Assembly: GCA_963699985.1 (NCBI GenBank)
Contig: CAVOVZ010000005.1
Span: 90,462 to 154,461, forward strand
Length of the DNA stretch: 64,000 nucleotides
Direction: 5' to 3'
Source: Terriglobia bacterium
GTDB lineage: Bacteria; Acidobacteriota; Polarisedimenticolia; Polarisedimenticolales; CAVOVZ01
The notes below the pieces were generated by a model. It was not told the DNA's origin. It ran no database searches and saw only the letters and a program-made list of their open reading frames with translations. The position numbers were made by a program, and so were the translations under genes. Of the stretch, positions 1-10,282 are shown in pieces; position 1 is the stretch's first letter, and every line of letters starts with the position of its first letter.

Positions 1-358
1 CCCAGGAGTCTCGCGGCGAGCACCGCTGGCCCCGATGCGTACCCGCCCACGCCGATGACGAGGCTGGGCCTTTCCCGCACGAACCATGCGGCGCAGCGTA
101 AGACCCCCTGCCCAGCGGCTGCCGCGGCTCGCAGCCGATCCCACCCGCCTTTCCCCTTGAGACCCGACAACGGAAGCGTGCGCAGGGGGTAGCCCCGTCC
201 CGGAACCAGCCGCGTCTCGATCCCGCGGCTCCCCCCCACGAACACGATGGAGGCGTGCGGCCGGCGTCGACGGATCTCGTCCGCCACCGCGAGCGCGGGA
301 AAGAGATGGCCTCCCGTGCCCCCCCCGCCACGACGATCCGCGACGCATCTTCATTCAC
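1..358 (-). CDS. murG: Undecaprenyl-PP-MurNAc-pentapeptide GlcNAc transferase MurG (5' part only; apparent 1-nt frameshift in a G8 tract)
   Basis: GTG at 358 reads NEDASRIVVAGG. After the C8 run at 319-326 the neighbouring frame continues GTGGHLFPALAVADEI...VIGVGGYASGP, which are MurG motifs. Lies directly after ftsW and runs off the window. Confidence 0.9.
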   Translation of the reverse strand, partial: MNEDASRIVVAGGAREAISFPRSRWRTRSVDAGRTPPSCSWGGAAGSRRGWFRDGATPCARFRCRVSRGKAGGIGCEPRQPLGRGSYAAPHGSCGKGPASSSAWAGTHRGQRCSPRDSW

Positions 359-359
359 T

Positions 360-1451
360 TCAATTCGAGTGCTGCGACACGTTCAAGAGAACGCCCACGG
401 AGGCCAGCGTCGCTACGAGCGACGACCCCCCGGCGCTCACGAACGGCAGCGGAAGGCCCTTCGTCGGAAGCATGCCGAGACACACGCCCATGTGGATCAG
501 ACCCTGCAGCACGATGAGGCAGGTGATGCCGAGGGCCAGGTAGGATCCGAATCGATCTGGCGCTCGCAGCGCGGTTCGCATCCCTCTCCAGAACAGGAGC
601 ACGAATGCCCCGAGGAGCAGCGTCGTTCCCAGCAGGCCGAGCTCCTCGCCGACCACGGAGAAGATGAAATCCGTATGGGCGGCCGGAAGGTAGAGCGCCT
701 TCTGCTGCCCCTGTCCCCAGCCGGTCCCCGTGATCCCGCCGTTGCCCAGCGCGATCAGAGACTGGTCGAGCTGGAATCCCGAGTCTTTCGGATCGGTCCC
801 GGGACGGAAGAAGCTGATCACGCGCTCGATTCGATAGGGCTCGGCCAGGACCGCACCGACGAGGCACAGAAACCCGACCCCCAACGTCGCGCCCAGGTAC
901 TTCCACCGCAAGCCGGCCACGAAGATCATCACGAGAACGGTGATCCCGATCATGAGCGCCGTTCCCAGATCCGGCTCCACGACGATCAGGAAGGCCAGGG
1001 GAGCGACGATCCCGAGGCAGGGGAGCGGCACGCGGCGCAGATCGTTGACTTCCCTCTCGCGAAGGGAGAGGAGGAAGGCGATGGAAACCACCACCGCGAG
1101 CTTCGCGAACTCCGAGGGCTGCACGGTGACGAACCCCAGGCGAAGCCAGCGTCGCGCGCCGCCGCTTTCGGACATGAACAGCACGGCCACGAGGCAGGCC
1201 GCCGACACCCCGATGAGCCCGACCACCACCCTTCGGTCCGCGAGCCGTTCGTACGGAATCAACAGGGCCGCGGCGAAGACGCATGCCCCTGCGAGGACGT
1301 GGAATGCGTGCTGCATCAGGAAGTGATACGGGTTGCGCCCGAGGCTCACCGCCACGTAGTTCGATGCGCTTCCCACCATGAAGAGCCCTCCCACGACCAG
1401 GAGCGCCGTGGTCAGGAACAGCCACCGGTCGAACGCCATCCGCCTAGGCAT
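360..1451 (-). CDS. ftsW: SEDS family peptidoglycan polymerase FtsW
   Basis: Multi-TM protein with ARRW, QPSEFAK, EPDLGT, LPAAHTDFIF and GLPLPFVSAGGSS motifs; dcw position. Start taken at MPRRM (1451), overlapping the murD stop. Confidence 0.95.
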   Translation of the reverse strand: MPRRMAFDRWLFLTTALLVVGGLFMVGSASNYVAVSLGRNPYHFLMQHAFHVLAGACVFAAALLIPYERLADRRVVVGLIGVSAACLVAVLFMSESGGARRWLRLGFVTVQPSEFAKLAVVVSIAFLLSLREREVNDLRRVPLPCLGIVAPLAFLIVVEPDLGTALMIGITVLVMIFVAGLRWKYLGATLGVGFLCLVGAVLAEPYRIERVISFFRPGTDPKDSGFQLDQSLIALGNGGITGTGWGQGQQKALYLPAAHTDFIFSVVGEELGLLGTTLLLGAFVLLFWRGMRTALRAPDRFGSYLALGITCLIVLQGLIHMGVCLGMLPTKGLPLPFVSAGGSSLVATLASVGVLLNVSQHSN

Positions 1452-2859
1452 GGTGAGTCCCCTCGGGAAACAGTGCCTCGACCGCCCCGCGGAAATCCCT
1501 TCCCCGTTCCTCGAAGTTCCCGTACTGGTCGAACGACGCACAGCCCGGCGCGAGAAGCACGACGTCTCCCGGCGCCGCACCGTCGAAGCCCACGCGCACC
1601 GCGGTCCGGATCGTGCCGCAATCCTCGAGGGGAACCGCTCCCTCGACGCCCTTCCGGATCGCCGCAGCGGCTTCCCCCACGAGAAGGGCGCGCCGTGCCT
1701 GCTCGCGAATCACCGGAAAGAGCGCGCTCCAGTCGGCTCCCTTGTCCCTTCCGCCGAGGATCACGTGGACCCGCCCCGCCGGAAACGATCGCAACGCCCG
1801 AACCGCAGCATCCAGGTTCGTCGCCTTCGAGTCGTCGTAGAAGGCCACGCCGTCCAGGGTTCCGACGTACTGCAGACGATGCGGCAGCGCGCGGTACGCG
1901 CGAAGCCCGTCGGCGATCGCCTCGGGAGCGCACCCCACGAGGCGGCACGCCAGTGCCGCGACGAGCGCGTTGGCGAGATTGTGCTCCCCGGGCACCGGAA
2001 TCTCCCGGGCGTCCATCAGCTCGTCCTCTTCCTCCGGTAACCGGACGACGATCCGGCCAGCGCGGACGAAGGCTCCGAGGGTGGTCTCGCCGCGCGTCGA
2101 GAACCGGAAAAGCTCTCCGCGGACCGCGCCGCTGAATCGCATCTCGTCCGGATCGTCCGCGTTGAGGATCGACGCGTCGCGCGGCCCCTGGGTTTCGAAA
2201 ATGCGCGCCTTCGCGGCCGCGTACGCGTCGTACGACGGGTAGCGATCCAGATGATCGGGGCTGAGGTTCAGGATCGCGGCGACGGCGGCCTGGAAGCGAT
2301 CGACGGTTTCCAGCTGGAACGAGGACAGCTCGACCGCGTGCACCGCGGTGGGGCCGTCCAGGCTCAGCAAATCCGCGAACGGAGTACCCAGGTTTCCCCC
2401 GGTTCCTCCCGGAATGCCCGCGGTCCGCAGGATCGTTCCCGCCATGGAAGTGGTCGTGCTCTTGCCGTTCGATCCGGTGATGCCCACGACCCTCCCGCGG
2501 CAGAATCGCCAGGCAAGCTCCACCTCGGACCAGACGGGAACCCCCCGCGCCCGCGCCGCCAGGACGATCGGCAGGGACGCCGGCACACCCGGGCTGAGAA
2601 TCACCAGGTCCGTCTCTCCGGCGAGCTCTTGCGGATGCCCCCCGCAGTGCACCGTGGCGCCCAGCGCCAGAGCCTGCGCGATGCCGTTCGACATCTCGGA
2701 CCGGGGTTTCCGGTCCGCCACGAGCACGTGCGCTCCCCGGGCTGCGGCCAGGCGCGCAGCGGCGAGGCCGCTCCTTCCGAGGCCCACGACGAGCACTCGG
2801 AGCCCCGACAGCTGCGGTTCCTTGGCGGAGAGGAGCGAGGTACCCACGGGATGCCTCAT
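1444..2859 (-). CDS. murD: UDP-MurNAc-L-Ala--D-Glu ligase
   Basis: GLGRSG, GITGSNGKSTT, ELSSFQLE, DHLDRY, DDSKATN and APGCASFDQY motifs. ATG overlaps the mraY stop (ATGA). Confidence 0.95.
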   Translation of the reverse strand: MRHPVGTSLLSAKEPQLSGLRVLVVGLGRSGLAAARLAAARGAHVLVADRKPRSEMSNGIAQALALGATVHCGGHPQELAGETDLVILSPGVPASLPIVLAARARGVPVWSEVELAWRFCRGRVVGITGSNGKSTTTSMAGTILRTAGIPGGTGGNLGTPFADLLSLDGPTAVHAVELSSFQLETVDRFQAAVAAILNLSPDHLDRYPSYDAYAAAKARIFETQGPRDASILNADDPDEMRFSGAVRGELFRFSTRGETTLGAFVRAGRIVVRLPEEEDELMDAREIPVPGEHNLANALVAALACRLVGCAPEAIADGLRAYRALPHRLQYVGTLDGVAFYDDSKATNLDAAVRALRSFPAGRVHVILGGRDKGADWSALFPVIREQARRALLVGEAAAAIRKGVEGAVPLEDCGTIRTAVRVGFDGAAPGDVVLLAPGCASFDQYGNFEERGRDFRGAVEALFPEGTHHA

Positions 2860-3944
2860 CGCAGTTTCAGGGTGGCCAGGGCGAGGAGGGCGAAAATGAT
2901 CGCCACGATCCAGAAACGAATCACGACCTTTGTTTCGCTCCACCCCGAAAGCTCGTAGTGATGGTGAAGGGGGGACATGCGGAAGATCCGCTTCCCGCGC
3001 AGCTGGAACGACGCGACCTGCAGGATCACTGAAGCGGCCTCGAGGACGAACAGTCCGCCCGCGATCACCAGCACGAACTCCTGCTTGATCAGAACCGCCG
3101 TGGTGCCCAGCGCACCGCCCAGGGCCATCGAGCCCACGTCCCCCATGAACACGTCCGCCGGATGACAGTTGAACCAGAGAAAGCCGAGGCTGGCCCCCAC
3201 CAGGGCGCCGCAGAAGATCGTGAGCTCCCCGCTTCCCTTCACGTTGGCGATGCCCAGATAGTCGGCCACGATGGCGTTTCCGGCGGCGTACGCAAGGACG
3301 CTGAGCGTGCCCGAGGCGATGAGCACCGAGCCGATGGCGAGTCCGTCCAGGCCGTCGGTGAGATTCACCGCGTTCGCCGAGCCGGCGAGGACCAGAACGA
3401 CGAACGGCACGTACCCCCAGCTCAGGTCGGGGGAGAATCTCTTGACGAACGGAAGCGTGATCCGCGTGCTGAACATGCCGTTCTCGGAGAGCCAGACCAG
3501 GACGATCCCGAGGGCCACCGCCACGATCACCTGAAGCCCGAATTTCGTCCGGGCGGTGAGGCCGAGGTTGCGGCGTTTCGCGACCTTGATGTAGTCGTCG
3601 GCGAAGCCGATGGCGCCGAACAGGACGGTCATGGCCAGGGCAAGCCACGCGTAGACGCTCCGGAGGTCGACCCACAGCAGCGTCGGGACGACCACGGCGG
3701 TGACCAGCAGCAGCCCGCCCATGGTGGGCGTCCCGCGCTTGGCCTGATGCGATGCCGGTCCTTCGGGACGGATCTCCTGCCCGATCTGGAACTGGCGGAG
3801 ACGCCGGATCAGGCCCGGGCCGAGAAGGAGCGAAACGAGGAGCGCCGTGAGGGTGGCCATGGCCGCCCGGAACGTGATGTACCGGAAGACGTTGAAGACC
3901 CCGAACTCGGCGCGTAGTGGGAACAGCAGGTGGAAGAGCATCAC
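2856..3944 (-). CDS. mraY: Phospho-MurNAc-pentapeptide translocase
   Basis: GTPTMGG, GFADDYIK, NAVNLTDGLDGL, FMGDVGS and PLHHHYE motifs. Confidence 0.97.
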   Translation of the reverse strand: MMLFHLLFPLRAEFGVFNVFRYITFRAAMATLTALLVSLLLGPGLIRRLRQFQIGQEIRPEGPASHQAKRGTPTMGGLLLVTAVVVPTLLWVDLRSVYAWLALAMTVLFGAIGFADDYIKVAKRRNLGLTARTKFGLQVIVAVALGIVLVWLSENGMFSTRITLPFVKRFSPDLSWGYVPFVVLVLAGSANAVNLTDGLDGLAIGSVLIASGTLSVLAYAAGNAIVADYLGIANVKGSGELTIFCGALVGASLGFLWFNCHPADVFMGDVGSMALGGALGTTAVLIKQEFVLVIAGGLFVLEAASVILQVASFQLRGKRIFRMSPLHHHYELSGWSETKVVIRFWIVAIIFALLALATLKLR

Positions 3945-5356
3945 TTCGCCTCTGCCCGCGTCGCCGCGAGGCTCTCGATCACCTGCTCGAGCCGGATTCC
4001 CCTGGATCCTTTCACGACGATCAAGTCGCCCGGACGGACGAGCGGCGGGATTTCCCGCGCCGCCGTGGCCGCGTCCGGCTCGTGCCGCACTTCGGGTACT
4101 CCCGCCTTCCGCGCCGCCTCCGCCGCCGTGCGAGAGAGCGGCCCCACCCCGAAAAACACCTGGACTCCCGACGACGCGGCCTGGCGTCCCGCGTCCCTGT
4201 GGTAGGCGGCTTCCTCCGGGCCGAGCTCCAGCATGTCTCCCATGACGAGGACTCGTCGTCCCGAGGGTGTGCTCGCGGCCAGCGTCCTCATCACCGACGA
4301 GAGCGCCGCGGGATTGCTGTTGTACGTCTCGTCCACCAGCACGACACCCTGGGGGAGCCTCGAGACCCTGCCGCGCCCCGGACCGGGCTCGACGCGGGCG
4401 ATCGCCTCGGCCGCCGCGTCCACGTTCCCGCCGATGGCCACGATCGCCGCAAGGGCAGCCAGCGCGTTCTTGGCCGCGTGGGCTCCGGCCATGCGGAGAT
4501 CGACGCTCCGGGACTTCCCGCCGTAGCGGAACGTGAAGCTGGCTCCGGGAAGAAACCTGTCTTCCACCGCCTCGAGGACGAGATCGCAGGACGCATGCCG
4601 GCCATACGTCACCCGAGGACCACCGTGGCGCGCCGCCTGGACGCGCACGAGGTCGTCGTCGAGGTTCACGACCGCCACGGCGTCCGATCGCAGAACCGCG
4701 AACAGCTCCCCCTTCGCTGCGGCGATGTCGTCCAGAGTCCGGAAGAACTCCAGATGGACGGGGCGCACGTTCGTGATCATCGCCACGTCGGGGTCGGTCA
4801 TGGCGGCGAGCAATGCGATCTGCCCCGAGCCGCGCATCGCGAGCTCGAGGACCTGCACCTGGGCGTCCTCGGGGCAGGCCAGAAGCGTCAGAGGGACCCC
4901 AATCTCGGTGTTGAGATTCCCGAAGGATCGGTGAACGCGGCAGCCGGGATCGAGCCCGGCGGCGATCAGCTCTTTCGTCGTGGTCTTCCCGGCGCTGCCG
5001 GTGACCGCCACCACCCGCGCGTTCGGGGTCTTCCTGCGCGCGAGCGCCCCGCAGTGCCCCAGGGCATCCACGCCATCCGTGACCCGAATCAACGCCGGTG
5101 GACCCGGCGCATCGTCTTCAACTTCCCTTTGGATCACGGCAGCTGAAGCCCCTCGCCGCGCGGATTCCTGGAGAAAACCGTGACCGTCGGTCCGCGTCCC
5201 CTTCAGAGCAAAGAACACCCCTCCCCGGCGCAGCTGACGGGTGTCCACGCAGAACGAGTCCACGAGGACGGAAGGGTCGCCGCGGAGCAACGTCCCACCC
5301 GTCGCTTCGACGATTTCGGCGAGCCTAAGCGCCGGCACGGCGCGCTCCTGCCGCAT
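3941..5356 (-). CDS. murF: UDP-MurNAc-tripeptide--D-Ala-D-Ala ligase
   Basis: VTGSAGKTTTKE, GNLNTEIGVP, DETYNSNP, GDMLELG and KGSRG motifs. Confidence 0.95.
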   Translation of the reverse strand: MRQERAVPALRLAEIVEATGGTLLRGDPSVLVDSFCVDTRQLRRGGVFFALKGTRTDGHGFLQESARRGASAAVIQREVEDDAPGPPALIRVTDGVDALGHCGALARRKTPNARVVAVTGSAGKTTTKELIAAGLDPGCRVHRSFGNLNTEIGVPLTLLACPEDAQVQVLELAMRGSGQIALLAAMTDPDVAMITNVRPVHLEFFRTLDDIAAAKGELFAVLRSDAVAVVNLDDDLVRVQAARHGGPRVTYGRHASCDLVLEAVEDRFLPGASFTFRYGGKSRSVDLRMAGAHAAKNALAALAAIVAIGGNVDAAAEAIARVEPGPGRGRVSRLPQGVVLVDETYNSNPAALSSVMRTLAASTPSGRRVLVMGDMLELGPEEAAYHRDAGRQAASSGVQVFFGVGPLSRTAAEAARKAGVPEVRHEPDAATAAREIPPLVRPGDLIVVKGSRGIRLEQVIESLAATRAEAK

Positions 5357-6848
5357 ACCCGAGCGAGGTCAGTGCGGCGATGGCAGCCTCTCGATCGTCG
5401 AAGTGGATCACCAGCCCGCCCGCCGTCTGGGTGGTTTCGTGGCCCTTTCCCGCAATGATCACGGCGTCGCCGGGACGTGCCGACCCGATGGCAGCGGCCA
5501 CGGCCTCGCCGCGATCGGGAGTCACACGACAGCGCGCGGATCCCCCCGGAACGGCCGTCAGCCCCGCTTCGGTTTCCCGCAAGATGGCAACCGGATCCTC
5601 TCCGCGAGGGTTGTCCGATGTGAGGTATACGCAATCGGCGCGCTCGGCGGCGATGCGCCCCATCTGGGGCCGCTTTCCCCGGTCGCGCTCGCCCCCGCAG
5701 CCGAAGACGATGAGCAGTCGCCCGTCCACCAGTTCTCGGACTGCGCAGAGAAGGCGCTCCAGAGCTTCGGGCGTGTGGGCGTAGTCCACGAGCACCGCGA
5801 ACGGCTGACCGCGATCCACGCGTTCGAGGCGCCCCGGGACCCGATCGAGCGCCTCGACGCCGGCCGCGATGGACTCGACGGGACACCCAGCGGCCAGGGC
5901 GCTGGCCGTGGCGGCGGCGATGTTGTCGAGATTCAGTCGACCAAGGAGCGACGTGTGAATCGGAACCGCGCCGGACGGGATCCGGAGCACGGCACGAGAT
6001 CCGTCGAGCCGGCAATGCTCCTCGGTGATGCGGACGTCCGAGGCGGGGGACCGGCCGAAGGTCACGACACCGGCACGGGTCCGAAGGCGCAGCGCAGGCC
6101 CTGCCGGGTCGTCGGAGGGGAGAACGGCGGTCGCGATGGCCGCATCGAGATTGTCGAACAGAGACGCTTTTGCCTCGAAATATCGCTCGATCGTGCCGTG
6201 GAAGTCCAGATGGTCGCGGCCGAAGCTGATCAGCGCGGCCACTCGGAACTTCGCTCCCGCAACCCGCCGCAGCACGAGCGCGTGAGAGGAAACTTCGATT
6301 GCGACCAGTTCCACACCGGCGACCAGCATGTCGCGGAGCAATCGGTAGAGATCCGGGGCCTCGGGGGTCGTGTGGGATGCCTTCTCCTCGGTCCCGTCGA
6401 ACCCATACCCGACCGTTCCGATGCGCCCGGTGCGAACGCCCGCGGCGCGCGCGATGGATTCCAGGAGGTAGCTGACGGTCGTCTTTCCGTTCGTTCCGGT
6501 GATCCCCACCAGCTTGATCCGCTCGTCGGGTCGACCGTAGCACTCCCGAGCAAGGACGCCGGCGGCGCCCCTCGGCTCCTCCACCCGGATCCAGGCGACC
6601 TCCACGGGAAGCCAGGCCGGCCGAGGAACATCCGACAGCACCGCACGGGCGCCACGAGCGAGGGCGTCACGAACGAACTCCACCCCGTGACGAATCAGGC
6701 CCGGCAGCGCGAAGAAAACGTCCCCGCGTGCGGTCCGGCGAGAATCGAGCGACGCGCCGAGGATGTCCGGATTCGCCCCGGGCGGTTCGAGCGGGCGTAT
6801 CCCCGCGTCGATGAGCAGGTCCGCGAGCGGTCTGGGCTGCCCCGTCAT
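5325..6848 (-). CDS. murE: UDP-MurNAc-dipeptide--meso-DAP ligase
   Basis: GITGTNGKTT, EVSSH, DYAHTP, FGCGGERD and GKGHE motifs; the DNPR motif indicates meso-DAP specificity. Confidence 0.95.
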   Translation of the reverse strand: MTGQPRPLADLLIDAGIRPLEPPGANPDILGASLDSRRTARGDVFFALPGLIRHGVEFVRDALARGARAVLSDVPRPAWLPVEVAWIRVEEPRGAAGVLARECYGRPDERIKLVGITGTNGKTTVSYLLESIARAAGVRTGRIGTVGYGFDGTEEKASHTTPEAPDLYRLLRDMLVAGVELVAIEVSSHALVLRRVAGAKFRVAALISFGRDHLDFHGTIERYFEAKASLFDNLDAAIATAVLPSDDPAGPALRLRTRAGVVTFGRSPASDVRITEEHCRLDGSRAVLRIPSGAVPIHTSLLGRLNLDNIAAATASALAAGCPVESIAAGVEALDRVPGRLERVDRGQPFAVLVDYAHTPEALERLLCAVRELVDGRLLIVFGCGGERDRGKRPQMGRIAAERADCVYLTSDNPRGEDPVAILRETEAGLTAVPGGSARCRVTPDRGEAVAAAIGSARPGDAVIIAGKGHETTQTAGGLVIHFDDREAAIAALTSLGYAAGARRAGA

Positions 6849-8884
6849 GGCGTCGCCCGATCGCCGGACAACAGCGTCAAGGAGCAGGTTCTGCCCTCTT
6901 CGAGCGAGGTTCCCGGCGGAGGGTCTTGCTTGACGACGATCCCTCGACCGTCCGCCAGCGCCCGGTACCGACGGGCGGTCAGGGCGTTGACGGCCGACCG
7001 AAGGCTCATGCCGCGCAGATCGGGAACTTGGCCCGCCGTCGAAGCGACTCGCTCGAACGGCTCGGGTCGCGATCCGTCGTCCATCTTCACCGAATGCGAC
7101 ACAGGTTCGTCGTCGCTCGTCCCCTTCTGCATCGCCGCGCGGCGGGCCAGGAGCACGTCCTCGTCGGGTGGAACGCGGAGGTACGCCAGGGCTGCCGCCA
7201 TGATTCTCGAGAACACGGGAGCCGCCGCAACGCCCCCGGTGTGGGAGCCGCCGGACGGCGTGTCCAGGACGACAACCCCCGCCAGGCGCGGAGATCGCAC
7301 GGGGCCGAATCCGGCGAACGAGGCGATGAACTCCGAATCCGAATACCGGCTGTTGCGCCCGTTCGAAAGCACCTTCTGGGCGGTCCCCGTCTTTCCTGCG
7401 ATCCGGTAGCCCGGAACCGCGGCCTGCTTCCCGGTGCCGCGCACGACGACCCCCTCGAGGAGGTCCGCCAGCGTCCGGGCGGTCTGACTCGAGATGACCC
7501 TGCGCGGCTCTCCCGAGGGAGCAGGGCGCAGAGACCCGAGTGCGTCGCGCATTCCCATCACGATCCGCGGCGGTACGAGAACCCCATCGTTCGCCACCGC
7601 GGCGATGGCGGTCGTCACCTGGAGAGGGGTCACGGCGATCTCGTGCCCGAAGCTGATCGAAGCGTGCGTGGAGGGAGTCCAGCGAGACGGCCCTGCGACG
7701 AGCCCGGCTGCCTCGCCCGGCAGCTCGATTCCCAGTTTTCGGCCGAAGCCGAAGCGCCGGATGTAACTGTAGAAGACGTCGTCCGAGAGACGACGCCCCA
7801 CCTTGATCATTCCGATGTTGCTCGACTTCTCGATGACCTCGCGGAAGCTCAGGATCCCGTACGGATGGTGGTCGTGAATGATGCGCGGCCCTACGACCAG
7901 CACGCCGTTCTCGCAGTCGAAGGGATCGGACGGCCGCACCACTCCCTGATCCAGAGCCGCCGCAGCGGTGACGACCTTGAACGTGGAGCCGGGTTCATAA
8001 AGATCCGCGACAGCCCGATCGCGCTTCTCGGCGAGAGTCGCCTTGCCGTACTGATTCGGATCGGCGTTGGGTCGGTTCGCGAGGGCCAGAACCTCGCCCG
8101 TGGTGGGGTCCATCAGGACAGCCGTCGCCGCGGCCGCTCCCGTATCCCGGATCGCGGCGTCGAGCTCCCGCTCCAGCATGTGTTGGAGCACGAGGTCGAG
8201 GGACAGGACGACGTCGTCGGGCTGGCGGGACGGGGGTTTCACGAGCTTCAGGAACATCCCGCCACGTCCGTCGCGGACGGCGAGGTACGTCGTGGAGTCT
8301 CCCAGAAGCGCCCGATCGAGGGCGAGCTCGATCCCCTCCACGCCCCTCTGATCGATGTTCGCGAATCCGAGGACGTGGGCCGCCATCGGGCCCTGGGGGT
8401 AGTCGCGTCTGCCCTCGGTCTCGAAGCCAAACGGCTCACCGCTGCCCAGCGGGAGGTCCAGCTTCCGCACCGCGGCCGCCGTCTCGGCATCGAGGCGGCG
8501 GGCGAGCCAGACGAACGGAGCCTCGGATCGCAGACGTTCGAGGATCTTCGCGGCGGGCAATCCGATCACGGGCGCGAGCCGGCGCGCCGCGGCCTCCGGC
8601 TGCTGCACCTTCCACGGGTGGACGAAAAGCGAGTAGCTCTCGACGCTCACCGCGAGCTCTCGCCCGAAGCGATCCACGATGCTACCGCGCCGGCCCTCGA
8701 CCACGATCCGTTGCTCGTGCTGGCGGTGCGCCCGGGCCTTCAACTCGGTGGCACGCGCCACCTGGATCTCGTAGAGCCGGGCGCCGATGAGGAGCGCCGC
8801 GGTCGCCACGGCCAGGACCAAGAGCGCGACGCGTTTCGGGAACGAGGGCTCCATCAGCGATCGAACCTCCGCGCGCGCTCGCAT
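6845..8884 (-). CDS. ftsI: Class B penicillin-binding protein FtsI/PBP3 with C-terminal PASTA domain
   Basis: N-terminal TM; RGSIVDR; catalytic STFK, SSN and KTGT motifs; PASTA-like VPDLRGMSLRSA...VVKQDPPPG. Confidence 0.93.
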   Translation of the reverse strand: MRARAEVRSLMEPSFPKRVALLVLAVATAALLIGARLYEIQVARATELKARAHRQHEQRIVVEGRRGSIVDRFGRELAVSVESYSLFVHPWKVQQPEAAARRLAPVIGLPAAKILERLRSEAPFVWLARRLDAETAAAVRKLDLPLGSGEPFGFETEGRRDYPQGPMAAHVLGFANIDQRGVEGIELALDRALLGDSTTYLAVRDGRGGMFLKLVKPPSRQPDDVVLSLDLVLQHMLERELDAAIRDTGAAAATAVLMDPTTGEVLALANRPNADPNQYGKATLAEKRDRAVADLYEPGSTFKVVTAAAALDQGVVRPSDPFDCENGVLVVGPRIIHDHHPYGILSFREVIEKSSNIGMIKVGRRLSDDVFYSYIRRFGFGRKLGIELPGEAAGLVAGPSRWTPSTHASISFGHEIAVTPLQVTTAIAAVANDGVLVPPRIVMGMRDALGSLRPAPSGEPRRVISSQTARTLADLLEGVVVRGTGKQAAVPGYRIAGKTGTAQKVLSNGRNSRYSDSEFIASFAGFGPVRSPRLAGVVVLDTPSGGSHTGGVAAAPVFSRIMAAALAYLRVPPDEDVLLARRAAMQKGTSDDEPVSHSVKMDDGSRPEPFERVASTAGQVPDLRGMSLRSAVNALTARRYRALADGRGIVVKQDPPPGTSLEEGRTCSLTLLSGDRATP

Positions 8885-8888
8885 CGGG

Positions 8889-9290
8889 TCAGCGCGCCGC
8901 GGGTCGCGTTTCGTCGGGTGCGCGGACCCCTCCGGCGCCCCGATCCTGTGCGATGCGACGCAAGACGAGAACGTCCGTCGCGCCTGCCCGCACCAACCCC
9001 AGTTGTCGTTGCGCCAGAGTCTCGACCCTCGGAAGGGCCTCGAGCTTTGCCCGCTCCGTCAGGAGACGGCGCTCGGCCTCGAGAGCGCGGTCGTACCGTC
9101 CCCGCAGCTCCTCGATGCGGTAGCGCACTCTCAGGTAATCGATCTGGAGGAGCGTGTACATCAGGAACGGGGTCAGGGCCAGCACGAGCCCCGCGACGAT
9201 CGCGACCATGCGTTTCGTCAAACGGACGTCGATCTCGCGGCGTAGGGACGCGTTCCTCCAGCCGGGAGCCATCGCGCTCGTGCCGTACAT
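8889..9290 (-). CDS. ftsL: Cell division protein FtsL-like
   Basis: Single TM then a coiled coil (YRIEELR...RRLLTERAKLEALPRVE...LGL); between rsmH and ftsI; ATG overlaps the rsmH stop. Confidence 0.75.
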   Translation of the reverse strand: MYGTSAMAPGWRNASLRREIDVRLTKRMVAIVAGLVLALTPFLMYTLLQIDYLRVRYRIEELRGRYDRALEAERRLLTERAKLEALPRVETLAQRQLGLVRAGATDVLVLRRIAQDRGAGGVRAPDETRPAAR

Positions 9291-10234
9291 CACAACCTCT
9301 CCGCGGCTCGCAGGCGCGCGCTTCTCGAGCGCGGGTTGCGCTCGACTTCGTCGACCGCCGGTACCACGGGGCGCGCGGTCAGCACCCGAACCAGATTCTC
9401 CCTGCCGCATCCGCACACCGGCAGGCCCGGTGGGCAGATGCAACGGTGGGCGAGCGCCCGGATCTCGCGCTTGACCGCACGGTCCTCGAGCGAGTGGAAC
9501 GCGATCACGACCAGACGGCCGCCGCGACGAAGGAGGGAAACCGCGCCCGGAATCAGACGCGCGATGGAATCGATTTCCCGGTTCACCGCGATCCGGAGCG
9601 CCTGGAACGTCCGAGTTGCCGGATGGATACGGTACCGCCGCGCGGCGGGACCGAGCACGCGCTCGACCAACTCCGCGAGCTGCAGAGTGGTGGCGATCCG
9701 CTCCCTCGTGCGAGCCTGAACGATTTCGCGCGCGATCGTCGCCGCCCGGCGCTCTTCGCCGAACTCCGCGAGGACGTTACGGAGATCGCCCACGGTCAGC
9801 GATGCAACGAGATCTGCCGCCGTCGGACCCGTACCCTGGTCCATTCGCATGTCGAGAGGGGCGTCGACCCGGAATGAGAAGCCTCGCGCCGGGTCATCGA
9901 GCTGGAGCGACGATACCCCGAGATCCGCCAGGACGCCGTCGACGGCGAACACGCCGTTCGCCGCCAGGAGCTCTCGAATCTCAGCATGGTTGCCCGCGAG
10001 GGGGACGAACCGGTCGCCGAACCGCGCCAGGCGATGAGAAGCATGGGCCAGCGCCTCGGGGTCCAGATCGATCGCGTACACCCGTCCGTCGGAGCCCGCT
10101 GCTTCCAGGATCGCCTCGGAATGGCCGCCTGCGCCGACCGTGGCGTCCACGAACACCGCTCCCGGTCGGGGACGCAAGAACCCGATCGACTCTTCGAGAA
10201 GTACGGATCGGTGGATCCCGCGATGCGTTTCCAC
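9290..10234 (-). CDS. rsmH: 16S rRNA m4C1402 methyltransferase
   Basis: HRSVLLEE, DATVGAGGHS, DLGVSSLQLD, PLDMRMD, HPATRTFQALRI, FHSLEDR and NPRSRSARLR motifs. GTG start with GGAGG upstream. Confidence 0.95.
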   Translation of the reverse strand: METHRGIHRSVLLEESIGFLRPRPGAVFVDATVGAGGHSEAILEAAGSDGRVYAIDLDPEALAHASHRLARFGDRFVPLAGNHAEIRELLAANGVFAVDGVLADLGVSSLQLDDPARGFSFRVDAPLDMRMDQGTGPTAADLVASLTVGDLRNVLAEFGEERRAATIAREIVQARTRERIATTLQLAELVERVLGPAARRYRIHPATRTFQALRIAVNREIDSIARLIPGAVSLLRRGGRLVVIAFHSLEDRAVKREIRALAHRCICPPGLPVCGCGRENLVRVLTARPVVPAVDEVERNPRSRSARLRAAERL

Positions 10235-10282
10235 CGTTCCCTCCGCATGAATCCGCGTCGCTGCTAGCACCGCCCGACCGCC

